NCBI GenBank assembly: GCA_026983835.1
Contig: JALSTH010000040.1
Location: forward strand, 510-64,509
Direction: 5' to 3'
DNA length: 64,000 nucleotides
Source: Candidatus Zixiibacteriota bacterium
Lineage (GTDB): Bacteria > Zixibacteria > MSB-5A5 > UM-FILTER-46-8
Numbering within the stretch: the first letter of the stretch is position 1; each line of letters begins with the position of its first letter. A program made the translations under genes and the position numbers. Positions 60,948-64,000 of the stretch are shown here, in pieces. The notes beneath the pieces are model-generated. The model made no database searches. It was not told where the DNA came from and saw only the letters and a program-made list of their open reading frames with translations.

Positions 60948-61390
60948 AATAACCTCCGTAGTTTCGATTGATTATGACAAAGGGCTTTATTTAAATAATT
61001 CTGATTTCAAAACAACGCTAATGGGTAGAAAATCTAATGGAGCAAGAGTAAAATAATTTTATATACTTAAAATATACTCTTAATTTCGAATCCGTCAAGG
61101 GATATTTGGAGAGTAGGATAAACTAAAAGCAGGGCTGAAATCCGCGTCAATGATATTTTTTCCAATGTTTACAAACACCGGGGGCGATATGAGACAGCGG
61201 TGCTGGTATTTTTTCGCAAGGGTGTCCGTTGTGGCCGCCGGATTTGATATTTCTTTTCATTTATCCGCCAAGAACTGTTAACAATTATCCTTATATAGAG
61301 ATATAATAATTTTAGGGTGATAATTTTAATTTTTCCGCTTGAAAAGGCTTTGTTTTTATGCTATGGTTTTTTGTGGCGAAGGAGGAATTA

Positions 61391-61435
61391 ATGGCTGGAA
61401 ATTATACATCGCCAAAGCGTTATCATCCTAACTAA
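61391..61435 (+). CDS. Candidate 14-codon leader ORF (MAGNYTSPKRYHPN) with consensus Shine-Dalgarno, immediately upstream of a G9 tract / C-rich partner
   Basis: AGGAGG at 61380-61385, 5 nt before ATG 61391. Stop TAA at 61433-61435. G-run 61440-61448 begins 5 nt later. Confidence 0.25.
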   Translation: MAGNYTSPKRYHPN

Positions 61436-61439
61436 TTGA

Positions 61440-61448
61440 GGGGGGGGG
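61440..61448. repeat. Homopolymeric G9 tract with a C-rich complementary segment 61479-61500 (ccccTCTAccccGccccccAcc) in the 5' region of the 61571 gene
   Basis: Read from sequence. Confidence 0.5.
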
Positions 61449-61570
61449 ACTTATGTAAATACGCCTACGCAGGTAATTCCCCTCTACCCCGCCCCCCACC
61501 TTGAAATCCCACACATAAAAGTATTTTAATCCACTAATAGATTTTTAAATTTTACCCACAGGGGGAAACT

Positions 61571-63184
61571 ATGAAAAATTCTATCTGGAAAAAGGAGATT
61601 GTATTTTTAATCTTTTTGCTTATATTAATTTATGGGGTGGTGAATGCTACGCCCCTGATAGGGAGCTGCTATAAATCGGAATTTAGTCGGGATCATATAA
61701 TAAATACAGGCTATATTAATTTGACAGGGATAACTGATTTGAGATTCGGTATGCGATGGGGTGATATTGACGAGATAATCAATTCCGATTCTTTGGGTTA
61801 TTATCCGCCGAAGGATGTTTTTCAACCGCTGTTGGATTCTATCAATAAGTATGTCCCTTCGGATGTGGAATGCATATTTCAGTTGAAATTTTGGAACGCT
61901 TACAAGATGGCGGATCCGGATTCCACCGGGACTGCTTGGTGCAAGAAGGATGTTTACAAGGTGCATCCTGATTATGTTGAGGACTTCAAGGATATGTGTT
62001 ATGGTTTGGGAGTGGCATTAGGAGGGAGGGTAAATTATTTTGTTCTCCACAATCAGCCGAATGCTGGTTGGAATGAGGATGGGGGTGGGGTGTTTTGGCG
62101 TAATTCGCCGGAGGATTTTGCGTGGCAGTGCAAGATATGTGCGGAGCAGATAAAAGAAGGGAACCCCGATGCCTATGTGATATATGGTGGTTTCGGGGGG
62201 ACAAAGGTTGATAGCGGATTTATCCCTCGGGCGGTTAATGCTATAATGACTTACCAGACACCAAAGATCGATGCTGTGGATTTCCATTGGTACGATATTT
62301 TGCATTCGGCGGATACGATGAGATATATAGCTGAAAAGCTACACAATTTTACCGATTCCTATGACCTCGATTGGACAGTCCTTGAAACCAACGGTCCAAG
62401 AATCGTCTTCCCGTTGGATAGCATTCCCCAAGGCTGGGGTGAAAGCATAATCGATTCGCTCAACGATATAAGTCAAGGGCATGAAGAGCATATACTCGAT
62501 CATCTAAGGGATTGTTTATATGCTGGTACGCGTATCGTAGATCCCGCCAATTTGGGATTGCCGGAGAATTATAATATAGTTCAGCCTATAAAGGTTGATG
62601 AGTTTAACGGACGCGTTCCGATATTTATTGCTAATGGAGCGAAGATAGTTAATTGGTTCTCAGCTTACACCGCATTTGATGAACAATGGTTGTCGAACCT
62701 CGATGAAATCCCCTGTACGGATAACGAAATTATGTCCCAAGGTCCCGAAGGGAAAGTGGAGATGGTAATAAAATCCTGTCAGAACTGGCCATTGAATGTG
62801 GCTAAGGTTGATTTTGGTGTGTTTGGGAGCACTGATCTATCCGATAGGATGAAGGAATACATTGATTCATTAAATCTGCCGAAAATATCGCCGCCGGGGC
62901 AAAAGCAGATGGATATTAATTTAAGAGGGATTACATTATGTAGTTATCCTAACGCGTTTAATTCTTCTACTAAAATCTCTTATTATCTTCCTGAGGATAT
63001 GGAAGTAAAATTAGAGATGTTTGATATTCTTGCCAGAAAAGTCGACATACTCGATACAGGAATTAAGGGTAAGGGGCAACATACCGTCATTTGGGATGCA
63101 GGTAAATATGCCGGAGGCGTTTATTTTTGTAGGTTATCTACCAGCTTATGTTCAAAGGTAATTAAAATGACTTTGCTCAAGTGA
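61571..63184 (+). CDS. Secreted T9SS cargo protein with a putative glycoside-hydrolase-like (TIM-barrel) N-terminal domain
   Basis: Signal peptide. ...VLHNQPNAGWNEDGG... and ...WTVLETNGP... are candidate catalytic Glu regions; this assignment is weak. T9SS CTD SYPNAFNSSTKISYYL...GVYFCRLST...KMTLLK. Confidence 0.45.
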   Translation: MKNSIWKKEIVFLIFLLILIYGVVNATPLIGSCYKSEFSRDHIINTGYINLTGITDLRFGMRWGDIDEIINSDSLGYYPPKDVFQPLLDSINKYVPSDVECIFQLKFWNAYKMADPDSTGTAWCKKDVYKVHPDYVEDFKDMCYGLGVALGGRVNYFVLHNQPNAGWNEDGGGVFWRNSPEDFAWQCKICAEQIKEGNPDAYVIYGGFGGTKVDSGFIPRAVNAIMTYQTPKIDAVDFHWYDILHSADTMRYIAEKLHNFTDSYDLDWTVLETNGPRIVFPLDSIPQGWGESIIDSLNDISQGHEEHILDHLRDCLYAGTRIVDPANLGLPENYNIVQPIKVDEFNGRVPIFIANGAKIVNWFSAYTAFDEQWLSNLDEIPCTDNEIMSQGPEGKVEMVIKSCQNWPLNVAKVDFGVFGSTDLSDRMKEYIDSLNLPKISPPGQKQMDINLRGITLCSYPNAFNSSTKISYYLPEDMEVKLEMFDILARKVDILDTGIKGKGQHTVIWDAGKYAGGVYFCRLSTSLCSKVIKMTLLK

Positions 63185-63253
63185 ACTTGATAAAAAAGGG
63201 ACAGGGCGTAACTCCCTGTCCCTAAAAAATGATTGTTAACTTCGAGGTGAGAT

Positions 63254-64000
63254 ATGAAATTGATGGTGCTGAATATAGCGATGATAGTTATTTGCCTTTT
63301 GCCGAAGATGGCGTTTTCGGAAATTGGCATTTTATGGACTAAGCAATTTGATATGGGGCAGGGGGCAGGTTTTTTCGATGTTGTAGAAAATAGCGATGGA
63401 GGTTATATAGCAGTGGGGGATGCCTTATTTGGATCTGATACTCTCAACCAATGGTATTTACATAAAAGCGATCAATCTGGAAATGTTGTATGGGATAAAT
63501 TATACGGCGGTAGTTTAGTTGATCGTGCCTATTCGGTACAAAGGGTTGAAGATTCGTTGTTTGCTGTAGCAGGATATACATTTTCCTTTGGGAACGGCGG
63601 CGCGGATGTATGGTTGCTGAAGGTGAACGAAGATGGTGATACACTCTGGTCGCATACCTATGGAGATACTCTTGACAATTATGCGTTTTGTATGAAGCAT
63701 ATGAGCGATGAAGGGTATATAATGGCGGGAGACACTAAGATAGCAAATGGTAATTATGATATATGCCTTGTGAAAGTTGATTCGATCGGTAATATTAAAT
63801 GGAGTGGAGAATATGGCGGAGATGATTATGACGATGGTTATAGTGTTTTGGAGACGGATGATGGGAATTATTTTGTGGTGGGGGATGCGGCGGCGTCTAA
63901 TGTTTTATTGGTGGATAGTTTGGGGAATTTGATAAATGAGCATCACGATGATAATGCTTACTATGGTGCGACGAAATCGCATACGCCGGGGAGATATGTT
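63254..64000 (+). CDS. Secreted beta-propeller-like repeat protein (3' end beyond the window)
   Basis: GAGGTGA RBS before ATG 63254; signal peptide MKLMVLNIAMIVICLLPKMAFS. Repeated ~50-aa units (G.Y...G.T.S.G.G..D.WL.K....G...W...YGG). The frame is open to the window end. Confidence 0.5.
   Translation, partial: MKLMVLNIAMIVICLLPKMAFSEIGILWTKQFDMGQGAGFFDVVENSDGGYIAVGDALFGSDTLNQWYLHKSDQSGNVVWDKLYGGSLVDRAYSVQRVEDSLFAVAGYTFSFGNGGADVWLLKVNEDGDTLWSHTYGDTLDNYAFCMKHMSDEGYIMAGDTKIANGNYDICLVKVDSIGNIKWSGEYGGDDYDDGYSVLETDDGNYFVVGDAAASNVLLVDSLGNLINEHHDDNAYYGATKSHTPGRYV

Noticed and set aside
1-64000. CRISPR arrays, rRNA genes, transposase/IS elements, integrases
   Set aside because: No regularly spaced direct repeats, no rRNA-like conserved stretches, and no DDE-transposase or tyrosine-recombinase-like ORFs were seen. 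The AT-rich islands (7.9-9.4 kb, 54.5-58.7 kb) lack an obvious integrase within the window.

Overview
This 64-kb window looks like a chromosomal segment from an uncultured FCB-group (Bacteroidota/Chlorobi-like) bacterium. That is inferred only from gene content: at least eight predicted secreted proteins end in a type IX secretion (T9SS) C-terminal sorting domain (…NYPNPFN…G.YFY.L…K), and a gingipain-like C25 peptidase is present. GC is moderate, with a few AT-rich islands. Contents in order:

- 1–5100: C25 peptidase fragment, then a small polysaccharide-biosynthesis block (hexapeptide acetyltransferase, two glycosyltransferases).
- 5147–7873: a large secreted repeat protein.
- 7990–9183: an AT-rich solitary DNA methyltransferase.
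- 9430–10915: an alpha/beta hydrolase and an outer-membrane barrel protein.
- 11735–17175: an extracytoplasmic redox cluster, described below.
- 17201–32336: RDD protein, prfA, DUF1385, rpmE, rpsT, murJ, heptosyltransferase, PfkB kinase, rpiB, glyA, YkoF-like, cutA, PPC, SAM hydrolase, dCMP deaminase, nrdR, tatC, and an ECF sigma / zinc anti-sigma / HtrA-like module.
- 32622–35417: a beta-helix T9SS adhesin-like gene interrupted by a single in-frame TAA.
- 35532–44025: CorC, htpX, an SDR–folE2–queD pterin operon, a small multidrug export-like protein and a transglutaminase-like protein.
- 44214–54550: ftsK, lolA-like, rimO, SLT, bamD-like, nadD, polA, coaE.
- 54550–58700: an AT-rich island with an RloC-like zinc-hook ABC ATPase and a class II Fic protein. 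A promoter–tRNA-like element–terminator unit lies just before it.
- 58947–64000: further T9SS cargo proteins.

Most interesting observation: the cluster TlpA-like thioredoxin – outer-membrane protein – three tandem HBP35-like thioredoxin-fold T9SS cargo paralogs. The first paralog has a CGPC motif. The second and third carry an in-frame TGA exactly where that first cysteine sits (T-S-U-x-x-C). Each has an open, signal-peptide-encoding frame upstream of the TGA and an identical 18-nt block about 30 nt downstream. This argues that the two six-frame ORF calls for these genes are N-terminally truncated and that the genes are selenocysteine-containing secreted oxidoreductases.
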